Assembly: GCA_015680685.1 (NCBI GenBank)
Contig: MNCI01000461.1
Span: 87,668 to 151,460 of the forward strand
Length of the DNA stretch: 63,793 nucleotides
Source: Gnetum montanum
Lineage: Eukaryota; Plantae; Gnetophyta
Direction of reading: 5' to 3'
The notes beneath the pieces are model-generated. The model made no database searches. It saw only the letters and a list, made by a program, of their open reading frames with translations, and was not told the DNA's origin. The position numbers and the translations under genes were made by a program. Shown one piece after another: positions 13,401 to 26,239 of the stretch; position 1 is the stretch's first letter, and each line of letters starts with the position of its first letter.

Positions 13401-13724
13401 ACCTTAGCTACCTTCACTATCTCAAGTGCCAAAACTAGGTGAAGGACCTTCAATTCCATAGGGGTCTCCACCTCTAGTTGCTCTTTGAAACTTTTCTTTA
13501 TCTTTAGCAACTTAAGGAAGCTTGTTGAAAGTTTTGTAAGAGTGTTCAATTTTGTTGTCATGGACACCAACTTTGTAATTCCATATAGTTTGGTACTCAG
13601 AGTCAGTTAGTCAATTAGTCTATTTTTTTTCAATTTATAAATTTCATACTTCCTTAATTTTTGTAAAAATATCAATCCTAATTTTGTTCTTTTAAGAATG
13701 AATTTTCAATAAATCTTCGGGGTA

Positions 13725-14598
13725 TGATGAAGCATCAATAAATAGATATGCAATGATGCATCCCCGTTGATGTAGCCTCATCAATGTATCCACCATGCAT
13801 TGATGCAAATGAATTGATGCTGATGTAGTCAAGCTTATATAAATGTATGCATCAACTACATTTAGGAAACCTTATGTTAATTGCATAGTGAAGCTATTGT
13901 GGTTTGTCTTTGCTAGAGTTAGAATATTTTACTCTAAGTGGCCACAGTGTGAGTGAAAGAGATTGTATGGAACTTTATTCAAGTGTCATGTACTTGAATG
14001 CATTAGTGTGAATGCCAATAAAGTCAAGTTTTCTAGCATTCATTGTAGCACTTGGATTAGCTTGATCTTTCTTACTAGCACTTTACTTTAAATGCATTTT
14101 ACATTTAACATCGTAGTAATTAACATAATTAATCATGAATACATAAATATGACCACTTCAAGCATAACATATAACACTTGGTAATCTCAATAGTGGTCAT
14201 TTGGTACACCCAATAATTGTCACTTAGTAACCCATTAGTGTTAATATGATTTTGGGATGTGTATAGTAAGTGGGTATGACTACTTATGTTAGGATAGTTA
14301 ACCTTTCAAAAAAGTTAGGTAGTTAAAATAGTTAATCATTAAATATTCATCTTTTCACATAGGACTTAAGATAAAAAATATAAAAGTATAAATAAAAATA
14401 AATATTATATACCTTAAATCAAATTTAACCATACACATAGCACATCATAAGTTAGGAAGATAATGATCACATGACCCTTTGGTTCATAGTCTTTGACTAT
14501 GGGCAAACTTAGGAACTAAGTTCTCGAAATTTGACTAGATCACTAGTACATGCTTGTGATTCATATAGTTGGATATAGGGTGTACTCACTATTCATAA
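13725..14598 (+). repeat. Athila-like 3' LTR
   Basis: A G tract is followed by a TGATGA start. The LTR holds decayed CATCGATG repeats and TATATAAA at ~13836, and ends TTCATAA (decayed TCATCA). Confidence 0.6.
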
Positions 14599-16606
14599 AC
14601 TACTATGTTAATACAATATTGTTGAAGTAGATAACTTTGACAAAATTTATATTACATTTTAAGACATTTATATTACATTGGAAGAATTATAAAGGAATAT
14701 AATGATACCTTAAGTGTGGCTCAAACAAGACCAAATCCTCAACATTGCAACTTCCATTTAATTTCAAGATTACTTTGGGTATTAGGAATTAAAATAATTT
14801 GACTATAGATACATCCTAAGACATATAGTTAGCATGAGACATTATAAGTATTATAGAAGAATATAATGATGTCAAATTAGCATTCCCTATGGAATTTAAC
14901 TTGTTAATTCAAGTCATACTTGAGATATTGTTATATTCTTCTATACTTCTTCTAAAAGGTATAATTTTGGCTATATGTGTTGCGGTGTAGTTATAGTCAT
15001 GCTTTGGGGATAATAATGTTAATTTTTAATGTATCATTGAAGTAGGAGAAATGTAAACAATTAAATGATAATGATAAAAATTAATAGAAAATAAGAGATT
15101 AACTTCAAGGTAAATAACATAATTTTCCTGGAGAAATTCTAGTAATTTCTTTAGCTCCTAGCATCCAAGTCTCTTAGTTCAAGACTTACAACAAGATCAC
15201 ATAAAAGGAAGAGGTTAAAACTTCTAGGGAGCATTGTGAAATCATTAACAATACCTTAAAAAGAAGGCTAAGAGTGATGACAAAATACACTTATAACACT
15301 CTTTGTCAGATTATTACACTTATAACATACACTTATTACAAAGAAGGCTACCAGCATGGCAATTGTTACAAAGAGGAGGTATCTTATTCTTAAAATAATC
15401 ATCACACCTCATAATTATCTCATTTTTTGTTCATGTTAAGGCATTATAGCTAGGAACAGATGTTACATTTCATAATTTACTAATCTAAGTTCTTTTTTAC
15501 ATTGGTTGAACTTTTCTATAGGAATTACATTATTCAACATATTTATTGGATTTTCTGATGTAGGAACCTTTATTAAAGAAATCTTTCCTTTTGCAATTTG
15601 ATCCCAAATGAATTAGTAGTTTATTTCAATATGTTTTATCCTTTCATGGAACCCAAGATTCTTTAATAGGAAGGTTGCACTTTGGTTATTATAAGAGATG
15701 TTTACTTTCTTTTATTCTTGCCCAAAGTCTTTGATCAATCTTTGTAGCCAAGTTGCTTCTATGTTTGCTTGAGAAGCTACTACATACTTTGCCTTTGTTG
15801 TCAATAATGCAACATAACTCTATATCTTGCTAATTCAACTAACTATATTTGTGTTTATTTTAAAAACATATATACTTGTGGATCTTTTGTGATATAGATC
15901 ACCTCCTCAATCTACATCCATAAAGCCATGCAATCCAAAGGAACTTCTCATTATAGATGACAAAATCAATAGTATCATGAAGATACCTAAGAATTTTTTT
16001 AACAACCATCCAATATTCCTTAATAGGATTATATATAAACCTACTCATAGCTCCCACTACATATGTAATATTAGGCATAGTATAGAACATTACATACATG
16101 AGACTACCTACAATATTAGTATAGGATATTTTACTTATTTCCTCCATTTTTTCATTTGTTCAAAGGTAGTGTTCCATGGATAATTTCATGTCCATAAACA
16201 ATGGAGTGTTTATTGGCTTACAATCCTACATATTAAGTTTTTATAAAACTTTATTAACATATGCAGATTGAACAAGCCATAGCTTTTGATATTTTCTATA
16301 TCTTTTAATTTTTATGCCAAATTTTTTTCTTATGACACATAGGTCCTTCATCTCCAATTGTGATGACAACTGATATTTGAACTTAGTTATTTCTTGCATA
16401 TGGTTTATTGCTATCAACATATTATCAACATAAAATAGTAGTATAAAATAGGTTTGTGAATGTATGTTTAAATAAATACAAGGTATTAGCCTTACAAAAT
16501 ATAACCTTATCATACAAGAATCAAATTTCCTATACCATATCATAGGGAATTATTTTGTTCCATATAATGATTTTAGAAAGTAACATATCATGTTCTTGTT
16601 ACCCTC

Positions 16607-17753
16607 TATAACTCCTAAAAAATTCAATGCTAGACATCTAAAAATTTTAGAGTAGAAACAATTTTAACTTAAAATCCACAGGCCTTGTAAAAGGATCCAA
16701 AGTGCAATGGATGGTTTTGTTAATTACCTAGGGACTTAACGATTTGTTATTAAAATTCAAAATAAAGATTGTGAGCATATGATTTGAGTGCAAAGAAATG
16801 TAAAGTAAAATGTGGCAAATGAATGATACCACAAACTTGTATTGAAATGATGGAAAATTTACAGCAACAAAGTTCTAAGAACATAAGATTTTAGATTTTG
16901 ATGCCCAAGAGCTTAAGGGAGAATTCTTGGAACTTGATACAGTTGGTAGGATGTGTTCTATAGTCAAATCTATGTCCAAGGATTCTGTATAATCTACCCT
17001 TTGAGCTTGTCACTAATTTTCTATGCTACTATGATCTACGCTATGGAAAGATAATGATGGTCATTGTGGACTCATGGATGTTTTCATTTCTTGAAAGTCT
17101 TAGGTTCAGCATAGATGCAAAATGCCAAAAGTCCTTACAATGAAATAGATTCTCATTTAAATAGGCCCTGTGTTTCTAGTTTATTGCTGATTAATTTTGT
17201 CATGATTATTGATAGAATTCTAGCAAATTTCATTGTACCTAGAAGAACTCCATGTAGCGTATTGATAATTTTAGCTAATTTTCATTCTTCATACACTATC
17301 TTTGTATGTTGCCCAACATATAGAATTTCCATGCCTAGCATACAACATTAAAACCTAAATCTTGTATGCTGTCTTTGTAGGTTGTCCAATGTATAAAACT
17401 ACACTACTTAGAATACGAGGCTAAGATACCAAATTTTGTAACTTTTGAAGTACTTATAACCTTCTCAAGCTAGCATACATGGGTTTTATAGCTTCCACAA
17501 GTCAAGAGATAAGGCATTTATAACCTGTGAAGCATTTTTTTAGCCTCTACAAGCCAGAATATATGAGATCTATAGTGTATAGGTTGCACATCTCATATTT
17601 TATATTAAAAACTACCTTAAATTTTAGTAATACAGGGCCATAATGCAAGATTTTGGGGAAAATAAGGTAATTGCATCTACCTTTGTTTTTTCACCAACTT
17701 ACAAAGAATTTTGGTTATGGGCTATAACATGAATTTTCTTTGGGGGTGTTTCA
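16607..17753 (-). mobile_element. Solo LTR inserted in the copia RT (TGTAACACCC-type termini)
   Basis: Termini TATAACTCC...GGGGTGTTTCA; TSD CCCTC/CCCTT. The RT sequence (GYVIK|GNKNMIC) resumes across it. Confidence 0.75.
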
Positions 17754-18510
17754 CCCTTAATAACATAGCCTTTAAGCTATTGCATGTAGATTTCTTCATC
17801 AAGATCTCAATGAAGAAATATAATTTTCATATCCATTTGTTTAAGTTCAAGATCTAAAGTAACCCCAAAATATATTAGAGATCTTATGGATGTTGACTTC
17901 AGTAGTAGTGCACAAACTTCTTCATAGTCAATACTCTCCTTTTGAGAGTATTCTTTTGCTACCAAACTTACCTTATATAATCCTTTCTCTTTTATTCTAA
18001 AAGCCAACTACAACCAAGTTTTCTTCTAGGAGGAAGTTCAATAAGTTCTTATGTCTTATTTTTCATTAGTGATTTCACTTCCTTAGCCATAACATTTTTC
18101 TAAGCTTTATTAACTTTTGAATTACAAGCTTCTTTATAGGTTTGAAGATCATCATTACTACACAGAACATATGAATCTAAATACTGAGGTGTTTATCTTA
18201 CTTAACATGATCTTCTTAATGGTTGATCTTATTTTTAAGGTAGATCTTTCTTACCATTAGATTTATCATAAATTTACTCTATACCTAATTATTGATCAAT
18301 ATCATAGTGAGATTTTTTTTGAACCTTTTCCTCAACTTCATTAGGTTGAGATTATTTCATAAACATCACATCTCTACTATAAATAATTTTGTTAGTATAA
18401 GGATTCCATAGCTTATATTCTTTTACCTCATGGTCATATCCAATAAAAATACATTTATTAGATTTAAAATCCAATTTTAATCTACATTCTTTAGGCACAT
18501 GACAATAAGC

Positions 18511-18675
18511 TATAACAATGAGGTGTTAGCCTAGTGCTAAGTGTCTTGGCATGATAACCCTAAGTCACAGGTTCAATTCTAATAGGTACCATTGAGTTGT
18601 AAATTAATAAAAGTTTCATAAAAGAAATTTTGAAATTAGTTCAAAAGATCCAATGAGTCTCAACCTCAGTGTACA
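18511..18675 (+). mobile_element. Short insertion with a tRNA-like head (mini solo LTR or SINE-like)
   Basis: A-box-like TAGCCTAGTGC and B-box-like GGTTCAATTC at tRNA spacing. Imperfect terminal inverted repeats. Interrupts the copia integrase. Confidence 0.6.
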
Positions 18676-19417
18676 TAGGTAGAAAGTTTGATAAAACTTT
18701 CTTACTAGGCCATATCTCTTGTTGGATTCTTCCATCTAGTGATGATGGGGGCATTTTATTAATTAAGAATCAAGCTATCATCATAGCTTCTACCTAGAAT
18801 TTCTTTTCAAGACCAACATAACTAAGTACACACTAAGCTTATTCTAAGTGTGTTTTTATTCATTAGTTTTGTAACTCCATTTTGCTATGGAGTGCTTGGA
18901 ATGTTATCGTAGTTGAAAATACCATGCGTCCTACAAAACATTTCAAATTCATCTAAACAAAATTCTTCATCATTATTTGTTTTTAGGACTTTAATTCTTT
19001 TTTTTAGATTAATTCTCAACAAGATCTTTATATTCTTTGAATTTATCAAAGACTTCATATTTAGGAAGTAAATCCATACTTTTCAAGAATAATCATCTAT
19101 GAATGAGACATTATAATTAAAGCCACTAAAGTAGAACCAAATACCTCAATATGACCTAGATCCAATGTGTTTTTAGATCTTTGAGTACTTTTAGGAAAGC
19201 TCAAATGATATTAATTTCCATTTAGGCAATATTCATAGAGAGGTAAATGATCTTGAGTGTTACCTTTAATTATACCTTTTTCTTGAAGCATCTGGATGAA
19301 CTTTTCTCCCATATGCCCAAGTCTCCTATGTCATAGATTCATGATAAATTTTTAACTAGAAAATTTTTAAAATTTTCTCCTATATGCCCAAGTCCTATGC
19401 TCAACTAGAAAATCCAA

Positions 19418-19429
19418 GCTCTAATATCA
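19418..19429 (-). promoter_or_regulatory. Degenerate PBS (tRNA-iMet)
   Basis: TGATATTAGAGC versus canonical TGGTATCAGAGC, 2 nt from the LTR end. Confidence 0.7.
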
Positions 19430-19879
19430 TATGTTAATTTTTAATGCATCCTTAAAGTAGAAGAAATGTAAATAAGAAAATGGAAGCTACAAATTTTAAT
19501 AGAAAATATAAGAACAACTTCAAGATAAATAACATAATTATTCTAGATAAATTCTAGGAATTGCTTTAGTTCCTAGCATTCAAGTCTTCTTAGTTCAAGA
19601 CTTACAACAAGCTTGAATCAAGTTTACTTAAGAGGAAGATACTTCGACTTGAATTTGGTTCTCACACCCTTTGATTTTGTATTGATGCATATACCCTTTG
19701 ATTTTTGATGATTCCTAAGACCACCCAAGCATCTACTTATATAGTGGCCATAATACCATGCTTAGATAAAAGCTAAATTATGGAGTTACATAATTAATTA
19801 TGATCAAATTGGGTGTTAATAGTTACATATTCTTTTGGCCATATTACATTGTCTTTATTATTTTTATCCAATGTACAAA

Positions 19880-21580
19880 AAATAAAAGCAAGATAACTAC
19901 ATTTGAGGCAACCCTTGATGTTCCAAGGGAAAGAGGTACATGGACCCAAGATGAAAAGAATACATTTATGTTTAATTCAAAAGATAGAAATTATTTTTAT
20001 TATGCTCTCAGAAAATATAAGTTCAATAGAAAAGCTAGATGTAAAACTAATAAAGAAATTTGGAAATTTTTGAAAGTCCCTTATGAAGGAATTTTAGTCA
20101 TAAAATAAAATAATCAAAACTCCTAGTCCTTTGAAGTGAGTATGATAAGATTAAAATGAAGGAAGGAGAGAGGATTAAATATTATTTTGCTAGAGCTAAT
20201 AATTTAGTTTTTCCCATTAGAGGTATAAGTAAAGATATTCTAGAATGTGCTATGATTATAAAAATGATTAGGACTTTGCAACCTAGATTAAAATCCAAGT
20301 TTACTTCCATGAAGGAAATTAAGGATTTTATAACTTTAAAAATTATGGAGTTGTAAAGTGTTCTTATGGCCTATGAGATGAACCTCACAAGTGAAGGTTC
20401 TATTAAAGAAAAACCTATCACATTGAAGACCTCTATCAAGAGCTCCATCAAAGAAAAGAAACCATCCAATAATAAGGAGAATAGTGAAGATGATAAACTA
20501 GATCTTCTTTTTAAATGGGTGAAAAGGTTTCTAGCATGAAATGGAAGAAGGACTAATTAGATGAGTAGAAAAGGTAAGAGAAAAGGTAAAAATTCCAAAA
20601 TTGATATGTTCACTATAGAATGCTAGGTATGTGGTGGAAAAGGCCACTCAACCTTTGAATGTCCTAGTGCTAATAAGTTATAGAAAGAGAAGTACTTGAA
20701 GGAAGAAAAGAAAAAAACGTTGTACACTAGTTGGGATGATGAATGTAGTAAAGAAGAGGTTGATAAGGATTCAAGTGAATGACATCTTTTCTACATGGAT
20801 CTTCCTTATGAAGAATGCACCAATGATCAAGGAAATGATACAAAAAAAATCAAAGGTTTACTTGAAGAAAGGTATGATCTAATCTATGATGAAGTTATAT
20901 TCTTTCAAAATTTGTATAGTAAAATGGAAAAATATTTACATCTCAAAGAACTAGAAATAGAATAGCTTCCTATAAAATGTTTAAATCTTGAAAAGAAAAA
21001 CTCAAACTTGAAGGCCAAGAATCAAAGACTAACCCTATTCTATGAAGTAATTAATAAGGAACTTATAGATACAAAGCTCAATATTGATAGGTTCAAAAAA
21101 GAAAAGAAGATCCTACAAGTTATATTAGGATAAGAAAGAGATTATAATGACAAAAGAGGACTAGAAAGTTGCTCTCAAGAAGAGCCCTTTTACAAGCATA
21201 TCTCCCAGACGGAGATATTCATCTAGGTTTAAGCATTTGGCTAATATGAGAAAACTACATGCTACTATTGTGGTAAACTCAGACATATACAATTTTATTA
21301 TAACTTACAAATAAGACATTTTAATGAAGCTACCTAGCCTTATCAAATGCAACCTAGAAAGAATGTTTTGTAGGTCATTAAGGTTTTGAGACCTAAGGAG
21401 AAAAAGAAAAGGAAAGGAATGTTTTCACAAGTTTCACTTTCAGTTATTAAGAGAACCACCTAGTGCATTAACAATGGATGTTCAAGACACATGACTAAAG
21501 ATAGATATCAGTTTACAAAATTTATAGAACAAAAATGTAACACTTTCATCTTTGGAGATGATGTGGATGAAGAAATTTTG
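19880..21580 (+). pseudogene. gag: SIRE-like copia gag-protease remnant (continues at 29677-29815)
   Basis: UBN2-type gag (CKTNKEIW...YEG, KMKEGE), two zinc-knuckle remnants and INNGCSRHMT. It resumes as NGLKHNLLSVSLLC after the nested element. Confidence 0.85.
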
Positions 21581-21964
21581 GTGTAAAACATTGATTAAAA
21601 CATGCATATAACAGAATTGCAAAAAATCACTAAAATGCAGAAATAAATTAAAAACAGACCTCTAGCCATTGATGCTCTCATTTGAACTACGTGAACATGT
21701 TTCGAAGAGTGTTTTGGATTCTTCTATTACACTAATGCTTAACAACAATGGTGTATAAAGAGTTTGAGTGTTTATGATAGGGACCAAAAAATGTAACACT
21801 ACCATAAGTTTGATATATTCTAGTACCATTTGTTCTCCCATCAAGAAGATTTTATAGGCTAGAAAATCCATTACTAAGGATTAACATCTGGTTTAAATTA
21901 GAAATATGATACCATTCCTATGAAAACCATTATAACAAATTTAGTTGGTTTCAAATTTGAAACT

Positions 21965-22123
21965 ATTTGTTTTCCATAATGCATAAATGATTACATTGAA
22001 ACTTTTCATAATGTATAAATGATTATATTAAAACCTTCCATAACACGTAAATGATTACATTGAAAATTTCTATAACACATGAATGGTTACATTGAAACTT
22101 TCCATAATGTGTAAATGATTACA
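21965..22123. repeat. 32-bp tandem repeat in the copia C LTR (~5 copies; ~6 at 29480-29676)
   Basis: Unit TTCCATAATGTGTAAATGATTACATTGAAACT. Confidence 0.85.
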
Positions 22124-22439
22124 TTCTCTCACTTGGTCTCCATATTTAACCTAATATCCATCAAACCCATCTTTTAAGAAATAAATACATTAATCATGGT
22201 GATAGTTACTCTAAATGTGAGTATTATCTTCCATCTATTACAATGTATTATTTCTCAAACTTAATTCCTCATTTGGTAACTAAAATTTATGAATAAACCC
22301 AGTGTTTATTCTAGGTCCTACATATGTGAATTTTCTCTATTAATTGTATGTGAAAAATAAATATGAGAAAACATGACAATTGAATAATAGTTTCATTACG
22401 ACTATAAAATTATACATACAAAAAAATTACAGTATTAAA

Positions 22440-24040
22440 TCAAGTCTCATCTGAACTCCATTATCCTTAAATAACTTAGGTGGTATTCCTTTTTTCAAAG
22501 AATCAGCTATCATCAATTCAATGCTTATATGATTATTGACCACTTTCTTTTCCTTAATACATTCCCTTATGGCTAAGTACTTTATGTTGATGTGTTTACT
22601 TCAATTTCCACTCTCATTATTCTTAGCCACAAAGACAACAACTAAATTATCACAAAATATTCTTAATGGCCTAGATATAGAATCTACAATTGTAAGGCCT
22701 GACATGAAACTCTTCAACTATATACCATGTGAAGTAGCCTCAAAATAAGAAATGAACTCTACCTAAATTGTGGAAGTAGCAACCAAAATTTTCTTTCCAC
22801 TCCTCTAGGATACAGCTCCTCTAGGCACCATAAAAACATAACCAAATGTTGATTTTCTTGGATAAACATGGCCAGCAAAGTTTGAATCAAAGTAGCCAAT
22901 CACCTCTATATTATTAGTCCATCTATACATAAGCATGTAATATTTTATACCTTAAAGGTACCTCATCACCTTCTTTGCAGCCCTATAGTCATCAATGCCT
23001 AGATTACTCTGATATCTACCCAACATTCCCATAGTTAATACAATGTCAATTCTTGTGTAGACCTGAGCATACATTAGGCTTCCAACAATTGAAGCATATG
23101 GAATGTTGCTCATTGCCTTTTCTCTAAATCATTCATGGGGAACTGGTTCAAATTGAACTTTTCACCCTTCACAATAGATGTTATACTCAATGAACAATCT
23201 TTTATCTGAAATCTCTCTCAGGCTTTATTAATATAGGTTTCTTGTGATAATTCTAGAATACATCTAAATCTTTCCCTATCGATCTTAATGCCAATAACAT
23301 AAGATGCCTCACCCATATCCTTCATGTTGAAGTTCTTAGAGAGAAATTGCTTCATCTTATATAGAAATCTAATATCATTGGTTGTAAGAAGGATATCATC
23401 CACATATAGGACAAGGAAATAGATTTTTCTCCCACTGATCTTTTGGTATATACCTTGATCCATGATGTTTTCTTCAAAACCAAATGAAGTGATGACATCA
23501 TGTAATTTTAAATACCATTGATAGGAGGCCTATTTCAATCCATAGATGGATTTCTTGAGCTTGCATACCAATTGCTCACCACCACTAGAGGAAAATACTT
23601 CAGGTTGTTTCATATAAACCTCTTCCTCTAGATCACCATTTAGGAATGCCATTTTCACATTCATTTCATGTAATTCAAAATCAAAATTGGTAACAAATGC
23701 CATAATCACACAAAGGGAGTCCTTCGCAGATATAGGAAAAAATATCTTCATGTAATTTATTCCCTTTCTTTGAGTGAACCCTTTAGCAACAAGTCTTGCC
23801 TTATATCTTTCAATGCTATCTAATGAGTCTTTATTTGTCTTGAAGACCCATTTTAATCCAATGGATTTTATACCATCAGGAAACTTAACAAGATCCCAAA
23901 CTCCATTACATGACATAGAGTTAATTTCATATTTCATGGCATCATACCGCAAGTCAGATTCCTTATAACTCATGACTTGTGAAAATGTTTTGGGATCATT
24001 TTTGATTCCTATGTTGTAGTTAGACTCTTGTAGATACAAT
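22440..24040 (-). pseudogene. Copia reverse transcriptase + RNase H remnant
   Basis: WVFK..YKARLVAKGFTQ, AFLNGDLEEEVYM, LYVDDILL, KHINIKY and IADSL. Confidence 0.92.
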
Positions 24041-24230
24041 AGTCACTAGAAATCACTAATCTCTTTACTCTAATAGATCTCCTTAATGTTAGTTCATCAA
24101 GAGCATGTTGTTCAACAACTTGTTCAATAGGTTTTGGTATCTATTATTTAGTTGGATCAACTACTTGATTAGTAGGCTATGGAAATTTAATGATTGGTTG
24201 TTGTTCATCATGCATTTGTGCTCCAGGCAT

Positions 24231-26115
24231 TGTGATGATTGAAAACATCAGTGGCTGGAACACCGAGATGTCCATGGGCATACAGCCTAACCCTGAATCT
24301 GTGCGAGGGCCGTGCTAGGAAATGGAGATGAGGTGTCCTAAATGGTCTTATCAATTAGATAGGGACTTATGTGGTGTTAAAACGGCCATGTGTGAGAAGG
24401 ATTTATACTATGTTATGCATAGGCACTAGGTCCAGCTAAGCTAGAGCATAGCAGGGTGTCTTGGCCTAAGAGCAGTGATGTAAATGTGCAAATATGTATG
24501 AAAAAGTGAGAAAATACAAGTGTTCTTAAAAGGTATACCATGTACAACAAGCATAGTGGGAGCACCACATAGTCTCGATGGTGTCGAGATATGAAGTTTA
24601 GTGCTCGCCATGATGAATTTTGCTTGCTAGGTTGGTTTCCATAGTGTACCATGTGATGTTTTGTAGGGTTGTAATAGGGCTATGATGTACCATGCGGTGT
24701 AGGGTTGCAATGGGATCATGGTGTACCATGAAGTGCAGGGTTGCCTCTTTGCTAGTGTGGTGTGCTTTGGGTCTCGTTCGTCCATAGAGATAAGTGCCAA
24801 GATGCCAAAGTACCAAATGCCAAATGAAAGTACCAACTAGCAAACTAGTAAAAAATGGAAGCCAACCCCCTAAAAAATTAGGGTCTAGGGGTATTTATAG
24901 GGCTAGGGTTAGCCCAAAATGTAGATCGAGCACCATGTGGTACTGTAGTAGGTGAAACCATGAGAAAAAACTCAAAAAGAAATTTTCTAAGTTTGGAGGT
25001 GACCAAAAAAAGTTCAAAAATTTTTCTAACTCTAGCACTACACTTGTCTCATGTTATGTGTGGGACACAAGATGCTGGCTACTATGCTCATCCCGTGTTA
25101 CGTGCAGGACACGAGACACTGGCTAGGGATAGGGTGTAGCATGGATACTAAGAATAATCTAGTGAAGATTGTAATCCTTGTGCTTGTTACACTAGCTATG
25201 CTCTGGAGTGTAGTAGGAGGGGTGGCCTTAGGAGTTAGAAAATCTGCAAAATGCCTCTTCTATGTTGACCTAGCTTAACAACTTCTAGCCTGACACTTAG
25301 GCAAAACTTGTTACTAAAAAATGTGCTATGCTGGCTATGCTCTAAAGTGTAGCAGGGGCAATGGGAGCATAGCACAACACTTAGAAAATTCTGCAAAATT
25401 AGCCATTTTTGTGTTGGCTACACTTACTATGCTCTAGAGCATAGTAGCTACAGTGTCACTGTAGAGCATAACAACTATAGTGTTGAGTGTAATAGCTATA
25501 GTGTCACTATAGAGTGTAACAACTATAGTGTCAAGCATAATAGCTATAGTGTCACTGTAGAGCAAAACAGCTATAATGCCAGGTGTAGCACAACACTTAG
25601 AAAAATTTCTACAAAACTAGCCATTTGTGTGTTGGCTACACTTGCTACACTCTAGAGCATAATAGCTATAGTGTTGAGCATAATAGCTATAGTGTTACTA
25701 TAGAGCGTAACAACTATAGTGTCGAGCATAACAGGTATAGTGTCACTATAGAGCATAATAGGTACAATGTCATTGTAGAGCATAATAGCTATAGTGGCAG
25801 GTGTAGCACAACACTTAGAAAAAAGTTTGCAGTTGTTGTTGACACTTGGAAAATTTTGCAAATCAGGCCTTCATGCATGCTACATTGGCTATTTTGGGGA
25901 GCATAGCACCAACACTAAGAAAAATTTGCTAAATTTTGACATAGAAAAATTTGCAGAAAGTGCCATCATTCTGACACTTAGAAAAAATTTGCAAATCTGG
26001 GAGTTGGAGTTGACTACACTCAACACTTAGAAAAATTTGGGCAAAGTGCCACCATTTTGACACTTAGCCAAATTTGCAGTCAAGATGTTGAGACCCTAAA
26101 TTTTGTGGTGTTTTA
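24231..26115 (-). mobile_element. Solo LTR of the Tat-like family
   Basis: The reverse complement matches 61264-62789. TSD GGCAT/GACAT. TATA box at ~24892-24901. Confidence 0.9.
25435..25800. repeat. Alternating 27/21-bp minisatellite with CTATAGTGTCACTATAG hairpins
   Basis: Two visible blocks inside a larger ~215-bp duplication. Confidence 0.85.
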
Positions 26116-26239
26116 GACATGTTATGTATAATAATTAGTTTATCACTTGAAGTAGAGGGTTAAGTGTCTACATGCTCTTTCTCAGGAAAAATGTTCTAGA
26201 ATCGATTGCTTCCACTAATCAAGTCATTCTAAAGAAATT

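Larger units (their letters stand above)
15017..19870 (-). mobile_element. Ty1/copia element B (INT-RT-RH remnants; gag and protease deleted)
   Basis: Direct repeats at 15017-15195 and 19432-19611. Motifs HRRLGHM (~19330), LVAKEYSQKESIDY, LLFYVDNML, IVGSLMY and an RNaseH remnant at ~15550-15900. The right boundary is approximate. Confidence 0.85.

Noticed and set aside
6561-14598. 6561-7341 and 13725-14598 as the paired LTRs of one element
   Set aside because: Similarity is only patchy and no PBS follows 7341; a related LTR inserted into pol is more likely.
18520-18592. Functional tRNA gene (Ile-GAU or Met-like)
   Set aside because: The acceptor and T stems do not pair, so it is treated as a tRNA-derived mobile-element head.
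21577-21590. TSD for copia element C
   Set aside because: The flanks (TTTGG versus GTGGA) do not match convincingly, so the left boundary is approximate.
25625-25906. Repetitive peptide ORF (EHNSYSV)n
   Set aside because: By-product of the 21/27-bp minisatellite inside a solo LTR.
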